A stretch of 63,932 nucleotides of DNA, the filler included, from Hyphochytrium catenoides (taxonomy: Eukaryota > Protista > Hyphochytriomycota): the NCBI GenBank assembly GCA_900088475.1. It is 10 parts of 10 records of this genome, joined end to end, with 100 filler letters (N's around TTAATTAATTAA, not from the genome) between each part and the next. Parts side by side here need not be neighbours in the genome. Positions count along the whole stretch, not along the records: positions 1 to 23,930 come from FLMG01000852.1; 9 more parts are not named here. The stretch is one strand, 5' to 3'. The translations under genes were made by a program, and so were the position numbers. The notes beneath the pieces were generated by a model. It was not told where the DNA came from. It was given only the letters and a program-made list of their open reading frames with translations, and did not search any database. Below, one piece after another: positions 1 through 11,016 of this stretch (position 1 is its first letter; each line of letters starts with the position of its first letter).

Positions 1-68
1 GAGAGAGAGAGAGAGAGAGAGAGAAAGAAAGAGAGAGATCCCCTCCTTCCCACATTGCCATGACCTAC

Positions 69-651
69 CAAGGTCTTGTTCTCTGAAATACGTCAAGATC
101 AGGGTAACTTCAGATTAGAGACCTATCATTTAGCACTTGCTGGATCGCAGAGTGTTTGCATCCACCATACCTAATTTCCCCAATATTCATAATACGAATA
201 TCTCAGACCGTAAGGGCTGATCTGACAATTCCCAAGCGCGAGGCCGAGTCGAGCTCCCTAATAAAATGATAACGAGGAAGTCGAATGCAAGAAACAAGAA
301 ACCCACCCTTCCTGTGCACGTACAAGGGTCCTGGACAGCCCCGTCGCTTAAGAGAAGAGAGTGTCTCTGACCAGGTTTCTTTCTTAGGCAATAGTAGCTC
401 ATCGAGGGAAGAAAGCCATCACGCTACGCCTATCTACCCTACTAATAGTGCCGCAGTGGAGGTCCACGAGGGCGTTTACATACAGAGGATACGCGGCCTG
501 GGGCTGAAAGAGAAACAGACCACAATCTGGCCACGTGACAGGCTTTTGAAGCTTTTGAAGTGATGCCAGATCCTGTCTTTCTCACATACTTTCGCTCGGT
601 ATTCTTCTCAAGATGGCAGGGATGTGCATTGGATGGCATCCTGAGGTTCAT
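69..651 (-). CDS. Hypothetical multi-exon protein, 5' part (continues beyond window start)
   Basis: Five phase-compatible GT-AG exons can be joined: MNLRMPSNAHPCHLEKNTERKY|PQAAYPLYVNALVDLHCGTISR|LLLPKKETWSETLSSLKRRGCPGPLY|GARLGLALGNCQISPYGLRYSYYEYWEIS|YPDLDVFQRTRPW. The last donor (gtagg at 68) leads into a CT-rich intron. No family recognised; start codon uncertain. Confidence 0.45.
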
Positions 652-920
652 CCACCTGAAAAGTCGCACCTATTTCCTTTCTTCTTGCCTGTCCCAACCA
701 CCAGACGAGTATTCGAATAAAAGGAGATTCAAAGCCTCCCATCCCAGGAACTCTTATCCCTTGCCATCTCCGGGGAAATCAGAGGAGCTCTCAGAGGCAG
801 ATAGATAGATGTATAGTGAGAGAAGACAGATCAGAAACGCAGATTGAAAGTTAGGAGAGAGGGAATAGAAGCACAAAGAAAGGGAGCCGCGGAAGATGTT
901 GAGGCAGCGAAGATTCTCCT

Positions 921-2192
921 CTAAAGTGATATGCCATAGACATTCAGGATGCAATGCATCGACTGGTTCTCCCAGCGGACCGTCACGGATCCTGCAGCGG
1001 TGCCAGGAGGTATCAATGAGATAGCGAAGTCAGTGACGTAGGTCATAGGCAAAAAGAGTGACGCGGAAGCGTAAAGAGCAGGTTTGCGCGAATGCTACCT
1101 TCCATGTCGCATCGATTGAAGAACGTAGAAAAGATTGGCAAGGATAAGGTAGGAGAATAGGTGAACGCTGTAGGATAGACGGCGGTGGATACAGGGAGCA
1201 GAGATATCCACAGGGTAGGCAGCGATGTGAATGAGAGAATCGAAGACTTTGACGAAATCTTTCTGGTTCCTACCATCTTGCTTGGTGTCCCAAAGGCACG
1301 TAGCGCTCGTGTGGAACCCAGCACCGCGCTTCTGTAGAATGGAGGCTTGGACTGTAGCGATCAGCGCAGCAAATGGCACGGAGATGAAAGCGAGGGGATA
1401 AGCGGGGATGTTGAGAGAGAGAGAGCGAAGGAGTAGAAAGGATGGAAAAGCTCGCAAGAAAAACACTTCTGCCAGACCTCTATTCGCTCGATATCTAAAA
1501 GCATCCCTGCTTGCTTTCATCTCACTCCGCGCCGTGGTCCTTCTGCGCCAGCTTACCGATGAACTTGAATGCTATAGCGCCCCCTTTAAGGCTCTTGAGT
1601 TCACCGAGGATCTGGCTTGTGATGTCTGCTGTCCAGTGCTGAACGGCTGCTGACTCGAAGGTCTTTCCTTGAAGAATCGAATCAATCACCTGTAGCCATT
1701 AGAGCAGAAAGAGAAGGAAAGCATGATGAGAAGGAGCCGATGATCTAAGGTAACGGCCGACAAGAGTGAACAAGTTGCAAAGCATCTATCGAAGATAGAG
1801 GCTCACAGAGTAGGACTGACGAGAAAGAACCATATTTTCTACGGCGTACACGGCATTAAAGCCACAGCAAAAGGAAAGAGAGGTAAGATAAGCTTAGCAG
1901 GTGAGAAGGATGAAACCTTTCTGGAGAGCTGCTGGACGTCCTCTCGGATTACATTGAAGTCTCTCTGAAAAAATTGATCGTTAGAATGGATGGCCCTCGC
2001 TGAAACTGAGATCATCCAATAAATTCTGGAAGGAGAGCCGAGGACAATCGCAGCCCTCCATTGACAGTAAGGCGCAATCGGCAGGACTATTTCAAACCAG
2101 AGCTATGCATCACGCTACAGCCCGAGCTTCCGTCGTCTTACCAGGGGTTCTTGAGGGGCATTAGTCGCTGTTGCGTCCTCTTTCGATTGCAT
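921..2192 (-). CDS. DYNLT1: Dynein light chain Tctex-1 family (5 exons)
   Basis: Spliced translation MQSKEDATATNAPQEPL|RDFNVIREDVQQLSRK|VIDSILQGKTFESAAVQHWTADITSQILGELKSLKGGAIAFKFI|VQASILQKRGAGFHTSATCLWDTKQD|GSVTVRWENQSMHCILNVYGISL*. Matches Tctex-1 motifs (QKxGAGxHT, WDxxxDGS, VRWEN). All introns are GT-AG and in phase. Confidence 0.93.
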
Positions 2193-2559
2193 CGTTAGTT
2201 CTTGCTCTCTTCTGTACACTCTAAAAACACTTTCTAAAAGGTCTCCTCAGGTGCCAGCACTGTTGGGCAATCCTTCTCGCTCTTTGCTATCGTGGCAAGG
2301 CCGTGTAGCAAGAGAACTTATTATGGGTCTTGCAGCGATGCAATGCTACCTGTGCGCTGTATAAGATCGAAGCGAATGCGGACACAATGGCCATGCGGAC
2401 ACAATGACCTGCCTTATGCCTCACGCAGAGTTGCTTTCTCTGCCATTGGAGGTCCTGCCCTGCAGTCTCAGGCTCTGTTGAAGCTCTGTCATCGATTTCT
2501 CAAGGCTGCAGATTCTCGTCAAGCTCACAACACACAGATCCGCGGTTATTCCGAATAGG

Positions 2560-2650
2560 TATACTGTACCACATTGTACGTACATGTACACCTTCCACTA
2601 CGACTTTGCAAAACATTGACAAAAGGGTGTACACCTTACAAAAACATTAT
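2560..2650. promoter_or_regulatory. GTAC-rich element with GTACATGTAC palindrome in divergent intergenic region
   Basis: TACATGTA at 2581-2588, several GTAC cores and a repeated TGTACACCTT (2585, 2628), between the divergent Tctex-1 and 3256 genes. Confidence 0.3.
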
Positions 2651-3255
2651 TCCAGATACATTGGGTTTGATTCTGGACATTGGCGCGGCTTACATGAGGG
2701 TTTTCAACCCGCTAACGGCTAGATAATATCGGGTTCTGATGGAGGTTTGAGAAGCTCTGGTGAGCAGCTGCAGGTCCTGTCTGGGAGCTCATCATCGTGA
2801 GGCCATTGCTCCTTCTGCTAGGTGCCTCATCGCCAGCCGGCTGATCGGGAGTGAGAGACAAGAGCTCAGAGCGTTGAGGATATGAGCCATGAGGGAGGAG
2901 GATGGAGGTAGAGGAAGAGGTGGGATAGAACAGCGAAGCTACGGAGGGTCAGAACACTAGAGCCAAAGACTCCTCGAAAGGCAGGAAAGAAGCTATCATG
3001 ACAAAGAGGAAACCAGCGTCCCACAGAGCAAACAGAAAGAACACTATACAGATGAAGATCCTCGTGGCGTAAAACTTGACAACCTCTGCGGCCTCTCTCC
3101 CTCAAATGTCCTTTGCTAAGGGAAGAAGGGTAAAAGCCCTGGGAGGATAGGCTAGGCTTGTCATACGAGACCACGGGTAGGAAGTTATAAAGACAGAGAA
3201 CCACAAGGCATAGGCCCCAGCTCTCAATAGAGGAAGGGGTCACGGCATAGCCAGA

Positions 3256-6200
3256 ATGCCTACCGCTCAACAGGCTATTGCACACTTGCAAGTCAACGCT
3301 CGGCTAGTCTTTCAAATAGGCAAAGCGCAGCACAACTGGCACAGGCTTCCACATTCTACCACGCCTTCAAAAAGCTCGTCTCATGTCCTTTCCGTTTCCC
3401 AGGAGAGAGAGATCTCCTTCCTCTGTCTCGTGAGTGCTTGGAGAGAATCGCAGAAGGAGAAGGAGAAGCGAAAGGACGGGGGACGAGAGAGAGATGCTGC
3501 ACTCTTTGTTGACGCTCTCTCTCTTGCCGGATTCGAACACTATCTTCTGAGGGACATAGAAGCCGTAGCGGGAAGTGACAGTCCCGACCTTCTTCTTCAT
3601 CTGCTTCTTCTTCGACAGCTCCAGGGTAACAAGGAGGACTACTCTCGCTCCTTTCTGCGCATACTCTTTGAGGACATCCTTGTCTCTCTTGCGCGTCAAC
3701 CTATCTTCTCCGCTCATTCTCTTTCTCCAGAGTTTCTGCAGACGCTATCAAGATGTTTAAGAGAGATCGAGGTTCAAGAGCTGTATCTAAAGAGAAGAAC
3801 AACCTGTCTCTTCTTGCTTTGGCTACTGAGAGGACAGAAAGGGAGAGAAGAGAGTCTTCTGTCTTCGCCTTCCGCTGTCCCACTGCTCTCTCTCGCTATG
3901 TCTCTTCTGCGGCATCACCGTCCTGGCTACGGGATAAAGCTTGAGCCAAGGGAGGTCCTGACGGCTATCGGGAATGAGTGGAGAGCGATAAGGGTTCTTC
4001 TCCCTCTTGGTACGGTGCAGAGAGGGAGAGAAGAGAAAGGAAGGGAAAACGAAGAGGAAAGGGACGAGAAAGTCCTTATATCGGCCTTTGACTGTCAAAT
4101 GAGCCAGCTTCTGGAGGAACTTCGGCTTGAGGAAGCTGCAGAGAGTGAGAGGGTTTTCCAGACAGAGAACTGGAAGCATCGCCTCAGTTCTATAACATGT
4201 ATGGATGGGCGACAGCCTGAGAAAATAGTGTCTGAGAAGAGGGAGCAAGAAGGAGAGCTTGCCACCTCTCAGAAGATGCGGAAAGAACTTCTCAGGCAGG
4301 TAATTTGCTCTCGCAGACCATGGACCTTCTCCCTAGCGCGCCCTTCCCTCTCTCTCGCATCGACCTCGGAGTTCACTGGCGTTCAAGGAGACGAGACGCT
4401 AGACCAAGAGATGACACTGGAGGCGCTAACAGTGCATATGAAGCTTCAAAGCATCCTGGAGTTCTTAAGAGGAGATGAAGTGGATCTGCAGATGTCTGAG
4501 AAAGATATCTGGAGCTTCTTTCTGTATCTCTCCCGAAAGGGCCTTCTCAAGACGGCCTACCGCCACAGGCCCTCTTTGATCTCTACTCTTCTTGAGATAA
4601 TCTTAGCGCTTGCGCTAGAAGAGCAGCCTGAGGGTGCTACTTTTGGCTCAGGCGTAGCGGAAGAGGGGGAAATGACAGAAAGGGACAGGTTGCCGAGAAC
4701 AGAAGAGAGAGAGAAGGCGCACATGGCAGCCGTCGCCTTACTCGAGCATCTTTTTCTGTCTCTCGATGCTGATGGCGCCTGTAGGCTTTTGGCAAAAAGT
4801 GTAAGAAGGGAGCTTTCCGGCGCATGTTCCTCTACAGCTTTCCCTCTCTCTTTTATAGAAGGAGGCCAGGAAGAAGTGCGCTACGTCTTTAGTCTCTTTG
4901 TCTCGTGTCAGACTAGAGAGAAAGAGAAGGCTTTATCTCGCCGTCTTCTCTTCTTCTCTTTACAAGAGCCTCTCCTTGTGATACGGGTCTTTGTTCAACA
5001 GCTGATGAGGGTTCATGAAGACGAGAGAGAGAGGCTTCTTCAGTTAGTCTCTCCCTGCTCTTGTGGCCTCCTCTCGGATCTGATGAAGATCTCAGACAGA
5101 TCTCCAGATTTGGACGTCGGGGTAGAATGTAGGTATATCTATGTCTCAATCAGATGGTTGCTGGAAGGAGAGGAAGGGGACGAAGAACTGGAAGCTGCTC
5201 TTCCGCTTCCTTCACTTGGCCTTTGGATACCTGCCATGGTCAGTAGGCTGAGACACTTTTTGGGAGTCTCCAGCATCGGAGGAGCTTGCCCATGCAAAGG
5301 AGAGGTCTTATCCTCGTCTCTCTCTTCGGAAGTCGGAAGAAATGCAGGGGAAGGCGAGACGAATCTCAAGCCTCTCCTCAAGGGCGTGGTTATTCCCCTT
5401 CTGGACAAGAGTCTGTCTGTACTTATGGCAGAGAAAGACAGGCTAGGCGATGAGAAAGACAGTGAGAAGAGAGAGATTAGGAGACGAAGGATTGTACGGG
5501 CTCTCCAGTGGATAGATTTAAGCGTTCGCTTTCTCTTGGAGGTTGAGTGGCAGAAGGTTCTGTTGCCTGGGATTACTGAGGAAGAACGAAAAGAAGACAT
5601 CGCCCATCAAAGAAAGGGAGATGATAGCAGAAAGAAGAGGCAGCGAAAGAAGAGAAACGTCGCACTCTTCTCAGCTCTCTTCTCGCGGCTCCTCTCCGCC
5701 ACGGACTTGATAATAGCTGCGGCTCTTCCTTCCGACTCCGTCTGTTCCACTGCCTCTTCGTGTCTCCCTCCTCCCTTCCTTCGCTGCCGCCTGTGGAGCA
5801 CGGTGGTGCCTCTTAGCTACTGTTTGCACCTGTTGAACTTCTTATGGAAAGCCATGAGAGAGAAGATGCTCCCTTCTTTTCTCTTTCTCCTTTCGGATGA
5901 GAGAGATTCACTAGAGGAAGAGATAATGGCATCGCTGCTGGTGGCTTTAGAGGAGAGTTACTGGAAGGAGAGAATTGCTAACTGGCTGGCTGACTCTATC
6001 CAGACGTGGGCCACAAGCGAAGAACAAGAGCAGCTGCAGTCCCTGAGACTCATCGCCGAGGTTGAGGGGAAACAAGAGGAGACTCTCATAAATCTTCTCC
6101 GTGGGACAGCAGAGAGCGAGCTAGAGACAGCGGCGAGGAAGGTGGCTGGACTTTTAGAATGCTGTGTAGGCGGAACCACCCTCTTCCGGAAGATTATCCT

Positions 6201-6885
6201 TAGGATCCGGCAAGCCAAAGGAGAGAAGACCGTTCTTCGGCGTTCTCTTCTGCTCTCTCTGGCTCAGAACTTCCCCTTCTATACCTCGGAGGAGATGGAG
6301 AGGCTCCAGATAGTTCTGAGGGAGATGCTTGAGTTTGTTGAGGAGGAAGAGGCCGCAGTGGACGAGAGAGTAGGAGTAGGAGAAGCTCTATCTCCTACTC
6401 GTTCGGTTAGTTTTTCTGCTCCACTTCGCGTCATTCGTCTCTTCTCTCTCTCTTTCCTGATCTACTGTCAGACAGATGGAGGAAGTGGATATCAGGAGAG
6501 TGCGGCTCGCCGGGCCATCCATAACATCTCTCTCGTGCTCTCTTCCCTTCTCTCTAAGGCGGAAAGAGGAATGGAGAGGATAGTAGAGGAACAGGGGAAG
6601 ACAGTAGGATGTGAAGAAGAGTTGATCACGGCTTTCTCTTTCGGTGCTCTCTGCCTCTCTTCATGCCAAGGCTGGCCCAATGATGAGCTCTTCTCTTCTG
6701 TCTCTCTCCTGGGCAAGGAGTTGGCGGAAAGGTTACGAAGAGAGGCACCTGAGCTGGCCATGCCGGAGAGAGAGAGGGAGAGAAGGGAAGCAAGGTTGGC
6801 TCTACAATGTATAGGGGATAAGAATCAGAGAGACCTCCTTCTTGGGCTCTTTATCTCGGGGGTAGACGCTATTTATTTAGTCTAG
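3256..6885 (+). CDS. Large alpha-helical protein (1209 aa), tentatively Gemin4-like
   Basis: 3.6-kb uninterrupted Leu/Glu-rich ORF. The segment LLLSLAQNFPFYTSEEMERLQIVLREML...LRVIRLFSLSF recalls the C-terminal region of Gemin4. Coding status is strong, the family call is weak. Confidence 0.7.
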   Translation: MPTAQQAIAHLQVNARLVFQIGKAQHNWHRLPHSTTPSKSSSHVLSVSQEREISFLCLVSAWRESQKEKEKRKDGGRERDAALFVDALSLAGFEHYLLRDIEAVAGSDSPDLLLHLLLLRQLQGNKEDYSRSFLRILFEDILVSLARQPIFSAHSLSPEFLQTLSRCLREIEVQELYLKRRTTCLFLLWLLRGQKGREESLLSSPSAVPLLSLAMSLLRHHRPGYGIKLEPREVLTAIGNEWRAIRVLLPLGTVQRGREEKGRENEEERDEKVLISAFDCQMSQLLEELRLEEAAESERVFQTENWKHRLSSITCMDGRQPEKIVSEKREQEGELATSQKMRKELLRQVICSRRPWTFSLARPSLSLASTSEFTGVQGDETLDQEMTLEALTVHMKLQSILEFLRGDEVDLQMSEKDIWSFFLYLSRKGLLKTAYRHRPSLISTLLEIILALALEEQPEGATFGSGVAEEGEMTERDRLPRTEEREKAHMAAVALLEHLFLSLDADGACRLLAKSVRRELSGACSSTAFPLSFIEGGQEEVRYVFSLFVSCQTREKEKALSRRLLFFSLQEPLLVIRVFVQQLMRVHEDERERLLQLVSPCSCGLLSDLMKISDRSPDLDVGVECRYIYVSIRWLLEGEEGDEELEAALPLPSLGLWIPAMVSRLRHFLGVSSIGGACPCKGEVLSSSLSSEVGRNAGEGETNLKPLLKGVVIPLLDKSLSVLMAEKDRLGDEKDSEKREIRRRRIVRALQWIDLSVRFLLEVEWQKVLLPGITEEERKEDIAHQRKGDDSRKKRQRKKRNVALFSALFSRLLSATDLIIAAALPSDSVCSTASSCLPPPFLRCRLWSTVVPLSYCLHLLNFLWKAMREKMLPSFLFLLSDERDSLEEEIMASLLVALEESYWKERIANWLADSIQTWATSEEQEQLQSLRLIAEVEGKQEETLINLLRGTAESELETAARKVAGLLECCVGGTTLFRKIILRIRQAKGEKTVLRRSLLLSLAQNFPFYTSEEMERLQIVLREMLEFVEEEEAAVDERVGVGEALSPTRSVSFSAPLRVIRLFSLSFLIYCQTDGGSGYQESAARRAIHNISLVLSSLLSKAERGMERIVEEQGKTVGCEEELITAFSFGALCLSSCQGWPNDELFSSVSLLGKELAERLRREAPELAMPERERERREARLALQCIGDKNQRDLLLGLFISGVDAIYLV

Positions 6886-6947
6886 ACGGACTTCTAAAGC
6901 TGTGTATTCGTGCAAAGACATGGATAAAGTTAGAGAGGGAGAGAGGT

Positions 6948-8086
6948 CTAGACTGGGATGCCAGCAAGCTCTCTCTCTCCCGGCTTCACCATTTCCCCAT
7001 CAATCTTCTGCACTTGAGGAAGTCGCTNNNNNNNNNNNNNNNNNNNNNNNNNNTCTCTCTCTCTCTCTCTCTCTCTTTTTCCTCCCTTTCCCTTGCTCGT
7101 TTCGCTCCATGGCCTAATGTGCCACGTTCTATAAGTTGCATCGCTCTCCCTTTTATTCCTCTCTCTCTCTCTCTCTTTCTCTCTTCCTTACCTCAACTCT
7201 ATAGTCCTCTTTAGAGAGTCCTTCGCACATGATGTTTCCCGTGAATAGGACATCCCGCAGCTCGGACAATCCTTTCTATAGAGGAGAGAGAGAGGAGATA
7301 GAAGGGACATGGAGGTCGTTTGAAAAAGGAGAAGCCACGTTAAGGAAAGAGATAAAGATAGCAGGCTTGGATGGAGAGAGAGGAGAGAGAAGCTCTTACC
7401 AGCTTGAGAAGTTCATCGAAGTTCTTGATCTGGTTGTTACTCATATAGAGAACCTGCAGTATGGAGAGAGAGAACGAGTGAGAGAGAGGCGGGGAGAGCC
7501 GAAGAGCTACACGGTTGAGTTGTTGAGAGAGAGAGAGAGAGACATAGAAAGACTGAGAGAGAGAGCGGAGAAAGAGAGCGAAGTATAAAGGTGGGAGTGA
7601 TTGAGAGAAGAGGAGAGAGAGCGAGGGCGACGTGCCTGCAGCTTGGTGAGTGACTGTAGGCCGTCTAGAGAGTTAATCTGATTGTAAGAGAGCCAAAGCT
7701 CCTGAAGCGTGGCGGCGTTGTCCTCCAGCTTCTCAATCTTCTTCAGCTGATTCCGCCCAAGAGAGAGAATCCGAAGCTTCTTCATCCCGCTCAATGGGAT
7801 CAAACGGTCGATCGAGTTCGTAGAAAGAGAGAGATGTCTGCAGGGAGTGAGGGAACAGTAAAAGCAAAGAAGGTCGACCAGCCGACGTCGAGAAAGAGAG
7901 AACATTTGTTAGAAAGAGCATGAAGAGGTATAGAGGAACCTTTGGCTACTTCATGTGGAGCGGTACGTAATAGGAGTTGCGAAAGGGTCCCAGAGTGACG
8001 GAAGAGGTGCGGCAGGGAGAGAGAGAGAGAGAGAAAGAGAGAGGGAGAGAGAGAGGATGACAGACGCAAACACACAGAGAAAAAAT

Positions 8087-8123
<37 letters not shown>

Positions 8124-8530
8124 AAGAGAAAGCGAGTGTAGCCCGAGCCACCCGAGGCACCGCTGCAACTGTTTCAAGCGTTCTATGGCAGACGAGAAAG
8201 AGAGAGAGAGCAAGAGAGAGAGAGAGACACTGCTGCCTTACTCGCAGTTTGTTAAGTTATTGAGGATCGGGTCCATCTTGGCGATGGGCGGAATCTGACA
8301 ATAAAGCTTCACCACGTCCGCATCTGCCAGGTTCTTTCCTGAGTTCTTCTCCTCCTATAGGGAGAATGCACAAAGAGAAAGATGAGAAAGAAGCGACGAG
8401 AAAGAGAGAGGATGAGGGACGGCGATGAGAGAGAAAAGTTCTGCCCGAACGGAACACTGTGCGAGATGCAACAGGCAGTATTACGACGCAGAATGGCACC
8501 TGAGATAGATAGATAGATAGATAGATAGAT

Positions 8531-8570
<40 letters not shown>

Positions 8571-8829
8571 AGAAAGAGAGAGAGAAGGAGAAAGAGAGAG
8601 AGAGTCACATCAGGAGGAGGAGGACCAGCCGAAAAGGAAGTGGGATAGGAGACTTCGAGTAAGGAGAGAGAACATTAGTGATGCCCAATAATGGGACTGG
8701 GACCTCGACTACAGAGGCGTGGCTGAGACAACGGGGAGAGGAATACGCTTACCCATTTCTGAAGAGCCTGCGCACAAGTGGTCTTTTGACACGGACAACG
8801 GGCGAAAGAGAGAGAGAGAGAGTGAGAGA

Positions 8830-8862
<33 letters not shown>

Positions 8863-9196
8863 TGAGAAAGAGAGAGAACGAAAGAGATAAACAGAGGCGA
8901 CAGAGAGAGAATATACAGATGCCACAGATGGACAGCTTTGTCAGAATGGGGAGTGAAGGACATTCAAGAACTTATTGGGCTGCGCGCGGACACCAAGGAA
9001 GAGAATCTGCAGAATACATAAAGAGAGAGACAGAGAGAGACAGAGAGGAGAGACAGAGAGATTGAGAAACAAAGAGACACCCCAAAAGCGACAGATGGCA
9101 ACGAGGAAGAGCGAGTGCGAGGAAAAGGGAGAGAGAGAGAGACCACGGATGCCAGACAAGAGGGAGAAGCATGGGGTGACTCAAGAGTCTTACCAT
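6948..9196 (-). CDS. DNAL1: Axonemal dynein light chain 1 (LC1, leucine-rich repeat)
   Basis: Exons give M|TTCAQALQKW|EEKNSGKNLADADVVKLYCQIPPIAKMDPILNNLTNCE|HLSLSTNSIDRLIPLSGMKKLRILSLGRNQLKKIEKLEDNAATLQELWLSYNQINSLDGLQSLTKLQ|VLYMSNNQIKNFDELLKL|KGLSELRDVLFTGN...|(gap)RLPQVQKIDGEMVKPGERELAGIPV*. Unmistakable LC1. The ATG-only first exon is inferred. Confidence 0.93.
8503..8532. repeat. (AGAT)n tetranucleotide microsatellite within an LC1 intron
   Basis: Direct reading; abuts a (GA)n tract. Confidence 0.9.
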
Positions 9197-9656
9197 GATT
9201 CCTTCGGTTTGCTACAGCTCGCGGAGTATCGTCCGTGAAACAGAGGAAGAACTTGAAGGTACGAGAGGCGAAGTACCAGGGCGCCCTTCGACGTGGTTCC
9301 GACGGTGTTCAGGCTCCGGGAAAGGAGAGAAAGAGACAGAGGGAGGGAGAGAGAAGAGAGAGAGACAGAGAGAGACAGACAGAGGGAGAGAGGAGAAGGG
9401 GGCGAGTACGCTCTGCTCAACGGAGTGGAGGAGTACCAACTCGAGAGGCTGGTCAAGTGGAGCTTATCGTCTGAGAAGAAAGTCAAGTTAGCCGAAGTCA
9501 GGGGCGGTAGCTTGGCCGACACCTGAAGAGAGGAGCCAGGAGAGAGAGAGGCGGCATCGGCGATGAGAAGCTGGTTGGAACGTCAAGCCGCCAGCTCTCA
9601 GGAAGTAGCCAAGGGCGGGAAGTAGAAACGTGTCACAGAGGAAGGGAGAGAGAGAG

Positions 9657-9687
<31 letters not shown>

Positions 9688-10091
9688 NNNNNNNNNNNNN
9701 NNNNGAGAGAGAGAGAGAGAGAGAAAGAGAGAAAGAGAGAAAGAGAGAGAGAGAGAGAGAAAGAGAGAGTCTCGAAAGGACACGAGGTGCTTTGAAGGTA
9801 TAGGCCTTTATTATTAGAGTGCGGCATCTTTAAAACGTAAAGCTCCCTAATGTTGGTCTTCACTTGAATCTGATGAGTCATCACTTTAAAGCAATTTCCA
9901 TAGTCCTGGAGGACAACTGAGACCGCAGATTTCTGCCAGTGGCTGGTGATAATCTTCGAGTGACTGCATTCTGAAGCTCCGATAATCTCCATTATTCAGG
10001 CCTCCGCGCCACTTTCTTATTCCTCCTAGCAGAAGACAGGGGCAAGTATCTGGCTTTTGAAGGAGGGGATTCTAAGCACTCTAATTTCACT

Positions 10092-10682
10092 ATGATTCGC
10101 AAGCTGGCCCTCAGCGGCCGTGGCTCCCTTTCTGTGCGCCCAAGGACACCTCTTTCCCGGTCGCTGCAAACATGCTCCTCGACGTCTCAAAACTTCCTCG
10201 GCGCTAGCTTCGTCCCTCCCCCAGCTATACCCAACAACAGTCCTATCGCCCCGGGGAGACCGAGTACGTCTACTTCAGCATTGAATTCTCAGGGCTGCCG
10301 CTGGTACTAACTCACTTCCGCTAATCTCTCAGGTCTCCCGTTTATTCCCCAACTGCCTACCATCTCTATTCCCCACACGGCCCCTCCGCTATCTACTGTC
10401 GACGTCTGGGATTCAATTCTTGACGACAACTCACTCATAATCGACCTACCTCCCCTGCAAGATCAAGGTAAGGCAGGGCCCACCATCCCATTTTTTCCAT
10501 AATTCTTAGAGCTAACTACTCTTAAACATGCAGCTCCTATGGAGGCAAAGAAGAGGACCTTTCAGCCCAAGGTATTGAGGCGGAAGAGAAAGCATGGATT
10601 CCTTGCGCGTCTTAGAACTAAGTCAGGCCGGCGGATTCTTCAAAGACGGAGAGAGAAGGGACGATGGCGCTTGGCAAGCTAA
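10092..10682 (+). CDS. MRPL34: Mitochondrial ribosomal protein bL34m with N-terminal transit peptide (3 exons)
   Basis: Last exon [49 protein letters not shown] is the L34 signature. The N-terminus is Arg/Ser-rich ([18 protein letters not shown]...). Both introns are phase-1 GT-AG. Confidence 0.92.
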
Positions 10683-11016
10683 TAGAAGCAGCTTTGGATG
10701 ATTGAACGTAAAGTCTTCAACGCACAGTCGTGCAGCTGAAGCTCTTTTAAGTATGATCACGAGGTTATAGGGACATAAAAGTCAAAGAAGAGATGGGGAG
10801 AAAGTAAGAAGAAGAGGAATAAGACCTGCTAAGAACAGCCCTCCGCTTGGGACCTACTTCTCCCTTCAATAAGCTAAATATTACTGCTGTCCACCGAAGA
10901 CAGCGTCCTTCCTAAAGCTCGAAGTGGCTGAGGCTTGACGGCTCGCCAAGGCTTTACGATCTTGAGGTTGGGCAAGAAGGGCTGCCTATGTCTCCTTTTT
11001 CCTAGCTTCCAAGACT

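Noticed and set aside
2739-3250. Alternative genetic code (stop read-through) to extend broken frames
   Set aside because: Conserved genes end at the expected positions with TAG (Tctex-1, LC1) and TAA (bL34), and long ORFs contain no in-frame stops.
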